Source: Neoechinorhynchus agilis (lineage: Eukaryota > Animalia > Acanthocephala). From it: a DNA stretch of 64,000 bases. A program made the position numbers and the translations under genes. Location of the stretch: the NCBI GenBank assembly GCA_051530055.1, contig CM121341.1, positions 14,486,784 to 14,550,783 of the forward strand, written 5' to 3'. This document shows positions 11,664 through 23,500 of this stretch, piece after piece. Numbering within the stretch: the first letter of the stretch is position 1; each line of letters opens with the position of its first letter. The notes under the pieces are model-generated. The model saw only the letters and a program-made list of their open reading frames with translations. It was not told the DNA's origin and made no database searches.

Positions 11664-14131
11664 ATGGATCCGCTGCCTACGAAGCATTTAAAACGTCATA
11701 ATCGGTACCAGCCTATTATTGAACAAAAGGACGCAGGGAATTCAAATTTAGGTGGTCCGAGGATATTTGGACTTGCAGTGAGCAAGAGCGAAGATAAAAA
11801 ATTCGAAGTTGACTCCGACGATTCTATGGCATCCCAATGGAACCGTAGCCTTTATAGGCAATTTTTTAAAAAATTTCAAGTTTCCCCTGTTTAAATTTGT
11901 TGTGCCTTGTATTTTTTTAAGTTTTAAGCTCTTTAACAGTCGATTAAAAAATGAAGTTTTCATTTCGAGATAGTTTCGGAAAAAAGTTTCTTTAAATAGG
12001 TTTCATTAGGCTGCCTTTAAGGATTCGACTATTTTCAATGATTTTGATTCAACGGACGAGGTTGTCCATGAGCTCATGAGCGAATTACTGAAAGCAGTGG
12101 TCGGAGGAGCGAAGCATGAATATTCTTCGGAGAAAGCGTCTCAAGAAACCATTCCAGTCGCACCGATAACTGCTTTCCGAAGAGGTATTGTATCAGTATC
12201 CGACATATCCAGGCAAATGTGGTGCGAACAACAGCTTTCTTATTCTTTTATATATCCCTATATTGAAGATGAAGAGGGTAATATTGTGCGTGTGCATGAT
12301 TGTGAAGGAGAGCAAAGGGTTTTATTTATTATATAGGCCATCAAGAAATTTGCCTCCAAACTTAGTCCCTGTTCACAAACGTCCATAATCCGATGATTTT
12401 TATTCCTATACTAAAATAGATGGCTTATACGGCATTTCAATCGACCATCTTTCAATTTAAGGCCTAAAATGTTTCGCCATAAGGGTAAACCCATTTATTT
12501 TGAAGCCAATATACCTAACATTCACGAAACTTGGCCCCAAAGCAGGAAGCCGTTTAAGGAATCAGTTACACCCTTACATCGGCGTATAGACACGTTTTCG
12601 ATTTACTGCAAAAAAAATTTTCGCCGTAGCGGCAAAATCCTTGATTTCGAAGTGCAACTTTTTTATCATCTTAAGATTGAAATAATTTTACATTTTTTAA
12701 GATTCGATAGCAAAAACATTAATTTGATGTGAATGGACCTGAATGTAGCATACACGCTTACAAACTGTTATATGCCTAGCCGTCCTCGTCCTCAATTGTC
12801 GCCTAAATGCTTGCAGTGTTGCCTCTCAACACGGCCAAGTCTGATATTTCGAACCAGGTCAATACCTGGTTCCTTGCATCGCCGGTTATAACCTGAAGGC
12901 GTCGCTTCAGATCCCTCAGGAGTTGAAGAGCATCGCTACCAAGAGATCCGTAGGTCTCAGCCCCAAAAGGTGCAAACACATCGGCCCGGGCTTTTTAAAT
13001 TAAATAAAACGATAATATGCATTTTGAAATATGAACCTTGTTACATCTTTGACAAATTTGGAACCGATTCCATGACATTTATATTAATTTGTATCAGAAT
13101 ATTTTCGTTTTGCGGCCAAATTTCGTTGAACATAAGTGAGGTACGAATATATCGATCAAAAGCTATATTATATCATATAATTATCTGGTTTGGTAATTGT
13201 GAAGAAAATGACGTTATCCTCAAGATTTGAAAAATTCCGTTTTACTTTAAACGATCTCTCCTACTCATATCGAATAGATGACCAAGCTCATATGCGGGTA
13301 GGCACTGATCTTCATGAACAACGAGAGCTGGAGGTTCATGAAATAGTTGAACTCAGATGTCAAAACCGAACGCAATCCTACGCCGTTCGCCTCTTTAATA
13401 TGATTATTGGATTTGATCGTCTTTATGAGTTGATTCAGACGCACAAAGCTGGTGTAGTAAGAGAAGTCCCAATCTTCGGTCGTCCATTCGAAGGTGTGAA
13501 TCTGTATTTTCGCGGAATAATTGACGAGATCGGGTATGATCCAAAAGTTGGAAATGGTTTGAGTGTTGTCGAATTTAAAACAAGATCTAGACCTGGTCTA
13601 CCTTCGAATTCTCAAATGCTGACTCATAAGATACAGGTGAATATCTATAGGCAATTATTAAATCGTTTGATATTGGCTAAGGATATTCAAAGTCTGAAAG
13701 CAGAATATTTTCTGAAATTCGAGTTGGAACCAATGGAAGATCTCGTAGATGATAATTGTGACCCACAATTGCGTACGCTTCTCATCAGATACAAATGCTC
13801 AAATCTCTCTGATTTGTTTGATTTGGTCTTAACAAAGATCAAGCGATTGCCTGTTGTCCGGTATGGTTGGATTGAGTACATGTATCAAACGGACGAGAAG
13901 AAGGAACTAAACAAATCCAGTTTTATCGAATTCGACGCTAAGAATTTGCGCCTGATGTTAGTAGAGTACGAGAACTATTGGCTTGGCCAACGTGAATGCA
14001 ATGGTGTTGAAATTGAAGAAATATGGAAGTGCAATCGATGCGCTTACATTGACATTTGTGAGTGGCGCAGGAAAAAATCACGAGAAAAGACTGCGGAAAG
14101 TAGAAAGAGGAAAGCCAAACATACTTTGTGA
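11664..14131 (+). CDS. EXO5: Exonuclease V (4Fe-4S PD-(D/E)XK nuclease)
   Basis: SVSDISRQMWCEQQ, GTDLH, REVPIFG, GIIDEI, VVEFKTR, QVNIY and C-terminal CNRCAYIDICEW. Intron 12278-13277 joins GAG G/AT GAC in frame. The exon from about 12022 has an AG acceptor; using ORF 11664 as first exon is a guess. Confidence 0.88.
12790..12985 (-). mobile_element. 3' fragment of a CRE-like RLE non-LTR retrotransposon inside the EXO5 intron
   Basis: Minus strand reads PFGAETYGSLGSDALQLLRDLKRRLQVITGDAR...LAVLRGNTASI*AT, matching the C-termini of the elements at 58.7 kb and 60.4 kb (QRISLAIQRGNA). Confidence 0.75.
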
Positions 14132-14265
14132 GCGCTTATAGCGCAAAATTTAGCTTCAAACGTAGTCTATAGAGTTCACATCGAATTTCAATAAATAAAA
14201 ACAGCTATTAATTTGAGCAACACGAGCGCTGTTTGCAAAAAATTCTCCAAAAGCGTTTCAGATCC

Positions 14266-14553
14266 ATGTCAAACAGTATTGATAAAGTTATTGAAAGCCT
14301 TTCCGAACTCGACGACTTGGTTATGAATTTAAGAATAAGAATTCGAAACATCGATCGCCAGATTGATCTTCAAAAGTTAGATCTGTGCGCACGCTCAATC
14401 GCTGTACTGGACAGCAGATTTGGTTTTTTGAGTTGCTGAACATCAGATCGGCTTGTAAATCAGAACGAGCATATGTACGATTGGTGCGAAGAGAGCGAGA
14501 ATATCTTAAAAAGAATAGCAAATCTTATCCACGATATTGAACGACGGGACTAA
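14266..14553 (+). CDS. Putative small coiled-coil protein (two exons)
   Basis: MSNSIDKVIESLSELDDLVMNLRIRIRNIDRQIDLQK plus downstream NEHMYDWCEESENILKRIANLIHDIERRD*, both amphipathic. TTTCAG precedes the ATG by 4 nt. Intron position uncertain; family not recognised. Confidence 0.35.
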
Positions 14554-14987
14554 GGTTAAAGAAATCGAATGCATCTGAGTTTGTCGAAAGAAGCACTCGA
14601 TGTATCGTGAAGGGGCTATGACTTATAACGAGCAAATACGCGTTTCGAACCTAAAACAAGTAGGTTTCTATTTCGAAATCTATATCAATCAATATTGAAG
14701 ATGTATTTCCTATCTTACGTGGACATTGATCGTGATTTGTTTAAGGCGATTTTTGCCTTGCGCTGTAGGACGCACACATACACTTCACAGCTGGCTCTCA
14801 CATGACGGCCTCGAGGGTTTGAGACTTGCAAGTTTGAAACCAAGATATGCCAAGTCCGCACTGCGTCACGTTTTTCATCAGCCGCAGAAATCAATGGACT
14901 TCATTTTTTTAGGCTTGACATTTTAACGGTTACCTATTTTCTGAATATCAAATGTTTTCTACGGATGGATTTATTTGACAATTTTGT

Positions 14988-16799
14988 TCACAAACGAAAT
15001 CTTATCAGATTTTCAATTTGACTTTTTTCTACTCCTTGTTGTAAAAGTGCTAGTGTCGCTCGACTAGAAAACAAATAATCATTATCGACGTCGATACCGT
15101 ATTGTTTGGCGAATCGAATTATTCGATCTACCTCAGCGTTGGAATTGATAATAGGATAGAAGTAATGAGCCTTTAGACGGTATCCCTGTTGATTGTGTAG
15201 CCATTCCATCACACGTAAAGAAGCATCCACGTTGTTCCTTTTCAAGGTTGCGTAAAGAGGACAATGACTAGCCCAAAATCGGTATGGTTCTACGGTCTCA
15301 TTTCCCACTACTGTCATCAGTCTTATTGGATCAACGTTCAGTTGAACACAATGATCCGCATAGCAGTTTAGAAACGATATCCAGCATTCAAAGTCGGGGT
15401 TGTGTGGGAGTGCCGCCACGAGTTTGGCTGCATCTTCACTTCTACCGTCCATAATTAGGTTCATTGCGTCGATATTGCATTGAAGAGAGATGGGAAGGAT
15501 AGGAAAACCATGTTGTCGTATAAAGTCAACACAAAGGTCGAACATCTCGCTTTTGGAATATCTAAGAATAATACTTCGAAACTGATTGTCCGACAGAAAA
15601 CAAAATGAATTGTCGAATTTCGTTCGTTTGTCCAAGTCGTATTTAACGATGGCATCTTGTTCGTTCAATTTGTTTTGGAGAACCGCCAGTACCGCTTTGA
15701 GCGCAATATGCGATTTATCAAATTTTCTTCGATTTCCACGACCAATATCATCTTGATCAAAATCAATTTCATCATTTGAAAACTCATCTAGAAGCTGCTG
15801 GGCTTCACTGTAGTTATTCATTCTAATATGACCTTCGACTAAGCATCGAAGAACTTTATCGACACGAATATTTACTCGCTTAAGAACATAAGCAGCTTTT
15901 TCAAGGTCACCGTCGAGGCAGTACCATTCGAGCATTAGAAGGTAACTCAGCTCGTTTAGACGGATCCGATTTAAGCTGGCATGAGCACGTTAATCTCAAT
16001 ATTCGCCCCAAAGAGAAAAATCACCAATTTTGCATATTTAAAATAGAAATTTGTATAAAAACGATGATGAACCAAATCTTTAAATTTGTTTTATATAGTA
16101 CACCATCTTCAAATTGTGAACGAGAATTCGCTGGATCTTTTCTTAAAAGTCAAATTTTGCCACCTTGCTCTAGGGAAAAACGAGTCTTAGTGCTCACACT
16201 AAAAAGCGAATTGTCATCCATCTTTCAGTATTTATTCAACATCCTAGTTTCGGGGTATATACAGAGATAGTATTGTAATAACATTTATAGTCATTGCAGT
16301 CAATAAAATTAATATTACGTTTTAAGGCTGATAATAAAATTGCAGTGATGCTATTGAGAATCACGTAAAATTACTCGTTAAAAAGATGATCAGGCGATAA
16401 AATTGTATCCGAAGGACGACGATTTTCAAGACCGATTTTCACAAAAGAGTTCAAATGAGATAGTTGGAACGGCTCAGGCAATAAATGTCTGAATTCTTTA
16501 AACATTTGTTCGGCTAAACGTTGTCTTGTTGATGGAATTTCGTCGATCAATACATTTCCAGTGCATCTTATTAACATTAAAGCATGTAGACTATCCAATG
16601 AGTCATTGGAAGTTACAGCGTTAAGCGCCCTTTCAACTTCAGTTATTAAAAGTTTTCCTTTTATCCTCACACTTCGATCCAGTTTTTCCATTAAAATACT
16701 TGGATTGTCGGTCCGAGTATAGACATGACGGCAGAGAATAGATCTTAACAACATCCGCTTAGCATTTAACATCTTAAACATTAAAGGACTAAAACTCAT
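14988..16799 (-). CDS. LRPPRC: LRPPRC/bsf-like mitochondrial pentatricopeptide-repeat protein (apparently short)
   Basis: N-terminal LDRSVRIKGK...HALMLIRCTGNVLIDEIPSTRQRLAEQMF...SHLNSFVKIGLEN resembles the LRPPRC/bsf N-terminus, preceded by a basic presequence-like leader. Helical-repeat ORF 14988-15935. 3' end may extend further. Confidence 0.7.
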
Positions 16800-16821
16800 T
16801 TCTGTGGTTAAAAAGACATGT

Positions 16822-18738
16822 TTTATAAGTACTCTATGCCAAATCCAAAATGAAATCCACTCTTAAACCTTTCGTTTTCCCCTACCAATAACGGCAACAC
16901 GTAGTTGAGTTCAATCCTTGCTTGTCTGAAAAAAGTGTATCTTATACCACATCCATAGGTTATTCTTGAGGACAAAGGACCTAATTCACGATAGAATGTT
17001 ATTGATTTACAGAATAAAGAAGCGCAGGTTTATTAAGTGCGCTCAAAATTCTGATTATGCAACTAGTGATAATTTTTTGAGTCAATAAAACCCAACGGCG
17101 TAATTTTTCCTTACCAATTTACGCCCTATGCCGAATGACTAATAATTCTCAATGAGTAAAAGTAGAACCGGCGACTGTGTCAGATTTTTCAACTCAAAAC
17201 GGTCATAAATTCAATTAGGAGTTGTTCTTAGAGCCCAGACAAGAGATCTTACTTTAACAAATCGATCATGACTTTACCTTCCGTTTTCACAGTTGAAGGA
17301 TACAATGTACCAACGTTAACAAATCCGTATATCTGAGCATCCCTTCTCAGTCTAGAACCATGCGTTTCAATATGAGACAGCCAAATTGAAATGCATTTGT
17401 TTTCCCTTTGAGAAAGGCAAGGGATGCACGAGTGTGCCACCAATGGCACAATATCGAGTTCCTCCTTCAAACTCGGAACCCGATAACTTTCCACCGCAGG
17501 TTCGTAAGTCGTACCCACGTATATTGTGAGGACCACCAAGAAAATATCGGTAGTACAACGGAGGAGAGATCGCTTGTGGTGACAAATTAACGATTGCTCC
17601 AGCTTGAGCACTTATATTAAATGTCTATCAAAGAATTGAGGATTGAAATTCGATTACGTGAGTCATCTTACAATGTCAGAATAAGGGAATTTAACGGGTT
17701 TAGACCAGAATTTGAAATCGGTCTTTAAAAAGGGTTGAGTGAGATCGAATGTGGATATTTCCCAGTTACAATTCAGTCTGATGTGATCTTCATCCAACAG
17801 ATTATTCGATCTAAACCTGATCTAAATTTGTATGCGAGAAATAAGAACGCTTAGCATGTAAAATACCAACTCCGTTCGTAATCCGCTTAAATTTCTGGAG
17901 CTCGGTCGATTGTCGAATTATTCGGTCCACAACTACATCGAATGTATAATCTAGTTCAAAATTATTTCTTAATTCCTAAATAAACGATAACTTTAGAAAA
18001 ATTAATATCTGTCATACATAGATTGAGTATTTAGCACCGATACCGTTTTGAGAATAATTAAAATCATTAGGTTTCATGTCGGCAATCGTTTTATGCCCGA
18101 AAACGGTAACTCTATGATTGACCCTCGATGGATTTGGAATTGAAGAATATCCAATCAAGTACTGACTACCACTTGTCTCCAACAATTGGCGTTCGTATTG
18201 AACATGAACCCCGTCACATCTTCCACTTACATTCGGAAACAGCATTGATAAGTTCTAAACAAGTGTCGTTGAAAACGAAATCGAATATTGAATTTCCGTT
18301 TTACCGAACTGGTCTGATTATTTTCCATATTAACCATTGCACTAGCATCTATGCGATTTTTTTCTCTGACCAGAATTTCTACCTTAAAAGACGCATCTTC
18401 GTCATCTAAACAATTTTCCTCGATAAAAGAGAAATGACCAATGTATTTAATTATAAATATACCGATTGTGTCCACCATAATGTGAACATCGTCAAAGGAT
18501 TCAGTTTGCCTTAAACGATCGTAGATTCCACTTAATGTGGACAGGAAAATGCTCAGAGTTTGTTGAGTGTTCCTTACTTCTTTCCCAACCAATCGATCCA
18601 GATACGATTTTTTTGTACGATTATATCCAACTATGTTTACCTCCTTCACATTTACCTGTTCAAAATCAAATGACAGGCTTTAAGCGTAGACTCGATCAGA
18701 ATAACCAATTGATCATGATTAAAAGATTGATGGTGCAT
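16822..18738 (-). CDS. SAMM50: Sorting and assembly machinery 50 (Omp85/BamA family)
   Basis: POTRA-like VNVKEVNIVGYNRTKKSY, barrel motif FLGGPHNIRGY, GFVNVGTL, and C-terminal ELNYVLPL...GFHFGFGIEYL* (stop 16822-16824). Several short introns. Start ATG 18738 inferred. Confidence 0.9.
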
Positions 18739-18999
18739 TATCTGAAATGATACAGAAGGATTATGATATAAACGGCGTGATTAGCTCTGACAAAATATGT
18801 TGTAGAAATGTTGAATTCTACCTGGAGGAGTGCAAAAATTCGCAACCGAACCTCGGTCTATCGCTTTGCACGTCTTCAATTTCGATGAATCGAAGGGAAT
18901 GTTTCATAACGATCTTTCTAAGTCGTTGAACACGATACACAGGGTGGAACATTTGTTCCAGAGAAGCTGAAAGCGACTATTGACTTTATTGCTTGCTAA

Positions 19000-20357
19000 T
19001 TAACTTGCAATGTCCCTGATATTGACGTTCGGTTTTTGTCTTCTGGCAACTTTCACTTTATGCGCTGGCAACTTCCATCCAATCGCATTGGTCAGTGTTC
19101 TCCCAATCTAGACACAAACATTCAAGAGAGAACAGACGACATAAGCGACTCTATAGGTCAGAGGAAGGCCTAAATTTCCATCAACCTCGACCTGGAACTT
19201 TTGCTTATAAATCCTTTCCGCCTCTTTTATAACATCTCTTCGTAACGATAAAGGGCGCTCAAGAGAACAATTAGTTTCCGCTCGTTGCTTTAAATCCCTA
19301 AATATTGATTTCAAATCCGGATACATCATCACGATACTGTCCATATCGACGGTTATCAAGACAAAGCCGGATGATTCCAAAAGTCCGATGAGACTCACAG
19401 GAGACAATTGTGGAGGGATATGAGAAGATATTGATCCTATTAAAGACATTTCAGCCAATTGGAGGGACAAACGTAATTCGAATAGTGAATCTTCGGTAAA
19501 CATGGACAATAGGAATGCACCACCTTCTTCTCCAGTTGGCAAGCAATCATAAACTCTTTTAAAGAATCCCGGCAAGTCGTTTATCCAATGTGATGTTAAA
19601 TTCGAACACACGAGATCAGGATTTAGCCCAGAAAGGTCCAAAGAATTCTCATCTATACTCACTCGTCCTTGAACTTCATAAGCTCCAACAAAATCATCTA
19701 TACCCAGTTCGGCGTCTTCATTTCGACGAGCTTCCAGTTGAGTGACGTAAGAGCTTTTAAAAGACGAACATATCGATTTTATCGAAATCAACGTACAATA
19801 ATTTAAAAAAATTCTAAAAGGATACAATCGCTCATTTCATTATTGATCAATGCGTTGTGTAAATAATGCCAGAACCAATTCAATGTACAAATCGGTGAAA
19901 TCAAGAACGACATCCGTTCGTTTATTTTGCAAGTGTGCGAAATAATTTTGAAAATTCGATTCAAATGATTTTATCGGCAAGGGGCTATTCAGAATATTGT
20001 TAAGGAGGGCATTAGAAGTTAAATTGGAAGAAAATCGATAAATCGACTGATAGATATATCGATGAAACGTTGATCAATATCAAAAAGGGCCAAATTTGCC
20101 GTATTTGGAAGATGACTAGTTAAGTACCCTTTATCGCAAAAGAATTCAACAATCTGATTGAACTTCTGCTTCTTAATGTCCAAAATACTTTCCGCCATCC
20201 TTGTACCAACGCATGACTTGACTACATCCTGGCAAGAAGGATAAAAGGATGCGATTCTTTGATAGGCCTTCAACTTAGAATCGAAAATGGCGTTCAATTT
20301 GTTAGATGCGATGAACCTGTGAAACTGGACACCAACATGCTTGGAAATCCGTTTCAT
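19000..20357 (-). CDS. NDUFAF5: Complex I assembly factor NDUFAF5 (methyltransferase fold)
   Basis: IFDSKLKAYQR, DLVCSNLTSHWINDLPG, SMFTEDSLFELRLSLQLAE, GFVLITVDMD, MYPDLKSIFRDLK, last exon IGWK. AATAAA on minus strand at 18985-18990. Confidence 0.9.
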
Positions 20358-20554
20358 TTACAATCCGGAATTGCCTTAGTCTTAAATTTAATGAAGATGT
20401 GGTACAGAAGAATGCTTTTGGGTTCAGATCCGACGTTTTTGTCGAAGTATTGGCCAATGATTTCGACAACGGATGCTTTAAAATCTAGTATTGGAAATGA
20501 CTGGTTTTAAGTATGTTGATCTGTAGCAGTTAAGAACATCACTTACGAATTTGT

Positions 20555-23500
20555 AGATCCCCGTCCAGATTCTCAAATACCTCCCGAGGAAGATGGACTC
20601 ATCAATGAGATTTTTCCTCCCTTCAGCGGCATCCCCTTTGGTTATGAGCCATTGCGAATAAATTGAACCACATCCATAAACAGGTTCGGCTCAAGTCCCT
20701 GACCACCGAATTTCGATGTAAACTGCCATGTGCTGGGGCGTTTGAATTATTTATCTTGGGTACGGTAAGAGTTTGTATTCCGTAGTTCTCAGATACCTCC
20801 GGGGATGACTATCAATGAGATTTTCCTCCCTTAGGCATCCTTGGTTATGAGCCATGGAGGATGGACTCATCAATGAGATTTTTCCTCCCTTCAGCGGCAT
20901 CCCCTTCGGTTATGAGCCATTGGCGATGATAAATTATGAACCATTTTGCCATCCATAAACAGGGATTCGGCTCTTAAGTCCACTAGACCACCTTGAAACT
21001 ATTCCGCAGTGTACAAACTCCGCCATTTTGTGCTTGAAGCAAGTATTGAATTATTTTATCTTATGTTTGGATAGACGGTAAAGAGTTTTGTATATTCCGT
21101 CCAGATTCTCAGAAAACTCCCGGGGAGAATGGACTCATCAATGAGATTTTTCCTCCCTTTAGCGGCATCCCCTTTGGTTATGAGCCATTGGCGATGATAA
21201 ATTATGAACCCTTTTACCATCCATAAACAGGGATTCGGCTCTTAAGTCCACTAGACCACCTTGAAACAATTCCGGAATGTACAAACTCTGCCATTTTGTG
21301 CCTGGGGCAAGTATTGAATTATTTTATCTTATGTTTGGATAGACGGTAAATAGTTTTTTATATTCCGTCCAGATTCTCAGAAAACTCCCGGGGAGGATGG
21401 ACTCATCAATGAGATTTTTCCTCCCTTTAGCGGCATCCCCTTTGGTTATGAGCCATTGGCGATGATAAATTGTGAACCATTTTGTCATCCATAAACAGGG
21501 ATTCGGCTCTTAAGTCCACTAGACCACCCTGAAACTATTCCGGAATGTACAAACTCTGCCATTTTGTGACTGGGGCAAGTATTGAATTATTTTATCTTAT
21601 GTTTGGATAGACGGTAAAGAGTTTTGTATATTCCGTCCAGGTTCTCAGATACCACCCGGGGAAGATGGACTCATCAATGAGATTTTTCCTCCCTTTAGCG
21701 GCATCCCCTTTGGTTATGAGCCATTGACGATGATAAATTATGAACCCTTTTGCCATCCATAAACAGGGATTCGGCTCTTAAGTCCACTAGACCACCTTGA
21801 AACTATTCCGGAATGTACAAACTCTGCCATTTTGTGCCTGGGGCAAGTATTGAATTATTTTATCTTATGTTTGGATAGACGGTAAAGAGTTTTGTATATT
21901 CCGTCCAGATTCTCAGATACCTCCCGGGGAGGATGGACTCATCAAATAGAGATTTTTCCTCCCTTTAGCGGCATCCCCTTTGGTTATGAGCCATTGGCGA
22001 TTATAAATTATGAACCCTTTTACCATCCATAAACAGGGATTCGGCTCTTAAGTCCACTAGACCACCTTGAAACAATTCCGGAATGTACAAACTCTGCCAT
22101 TTTGTGCCTGGGGCAAGTATTGAATTATTTTATCTTATGTTTGGATAGACGGTAAAGAGTTTTGTATATTCCGTCCAGATTCTCAGATACCTCCCGGGGA
22201 AGATGGACTCATCAATGAGATTTTTCCTCCCTTCAGCGGCATCCCCTTTGGTTATGAGCCACTGGCGATGATAAATTATGAACCATTTTGCCATCCATAA
22301 ACAGGGATTCGGCTCTTAAGTCCACTAGACCACCTTGAAACTATTCCGCAGTGTACAAACTCCGCCATTTTGTGCTTGAAGCAAGTATTGAATTATTTTA
22401 TCTTATGTTTGGATAGACGGTAAATAGTTTTGTATATTCCGTCCAGATTCTCAGAAAACTCCCGGGGAGGATGGACTCATCAATGAGATTTTTCCTCCCT
22501 TTAGCGGCATCCCCTTTGGTTATGAGCCATTGGCGATGATAAATTATGAACCCTTTTACCATCCATAAACAGGGATTCGGCTCTCCACAAGTCCACTAGA
22601 CCACGTTGAAACTATTCCGAAATGTACAAACTCCTGCCATTTTGTGCCTGGGACGAGTATTGAATAATTTTATCCTATGCTTGGATAGACGGTAAAGAGT
22701 TTTGTATATTCCGTCCAGGTTCTCAGATACCTCCCGGGGAAGATGGACTCATCAATGAGATTTTTCCTCCCTTTAGCGGCATCCCCTTTGGTTATGAGCC
22801 ATTGACGATGATAAATTATGAACCCTTTTGCCATCCATAAACAGGGATTCGGCTCTTAAGTCCACTAGACCACCTTGAAACTATTCCGGAATGTACAAAC
22901 TCTGCCATTTTGTGCCTGGGGCAAGTATTGAATTATTTTATCTTATGTTTGGATAGACGGTAAAGAGTTTTGTATATTCCGTCCAGATTCTCAGATACCT
23001 CCCGGGGAAGATGGACTCATCAATGAGATTTTTCCTCCCTTCAGCGGCATCCCCTTTCGTTATGAGCCACTTGCGATGATAAATTATGAACCATTTTGCC
23101 ATCCATAAACAGGGATTCGGCTCTTAAGTCCACTAGACCACCTTGAAACTATTGACGCAGTGTACAAACTCCGCCATTTTGTGCTTGGGGCAAGTATTGA
23201 ATTATTTTATCTTATGTTTGGATAGACGGTAAAGAGTTTTGTATATTCCGTCCAGGTTCTCAGATACCTCCCGGGGAAGATGGACTCATCAATGAGATTT
23301 TTCTTCCCTTCAGTTGCATCCCTTTGGTTATGAGCCACTGGCGATGATAAATTATGAACCATTTTGCCATCCATAAACAGGGATTCGGCTCTTAAGTCCA
23401 CTAGACCACCTTGAAACTATTCCGCAGTGTACAAACTCCGCCATTTTGTGCTTGGGGCAAGTATTGAATTATTTTATCTGATGTTTGGATAGACGGTAAA

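Noticed and set aside
21225-21260. Helitron-like 3' end (weak hairpin plus CTAG) in each satellite unit
   Set aside because: Stem is only about 5 bp with a G-T pair; CTAG alone is not diagnostic.
21330-21430. 268-bp unit as a spliced-leader RNA gene (ACG/GTAAAG donor inside a stem, further hairpins)
   Set aside because: No canonical Sm site (AGATTTTTCC lacks the closing G) and the putative exon end is atypical. Only SL reads matching tggatagacg would revive it.
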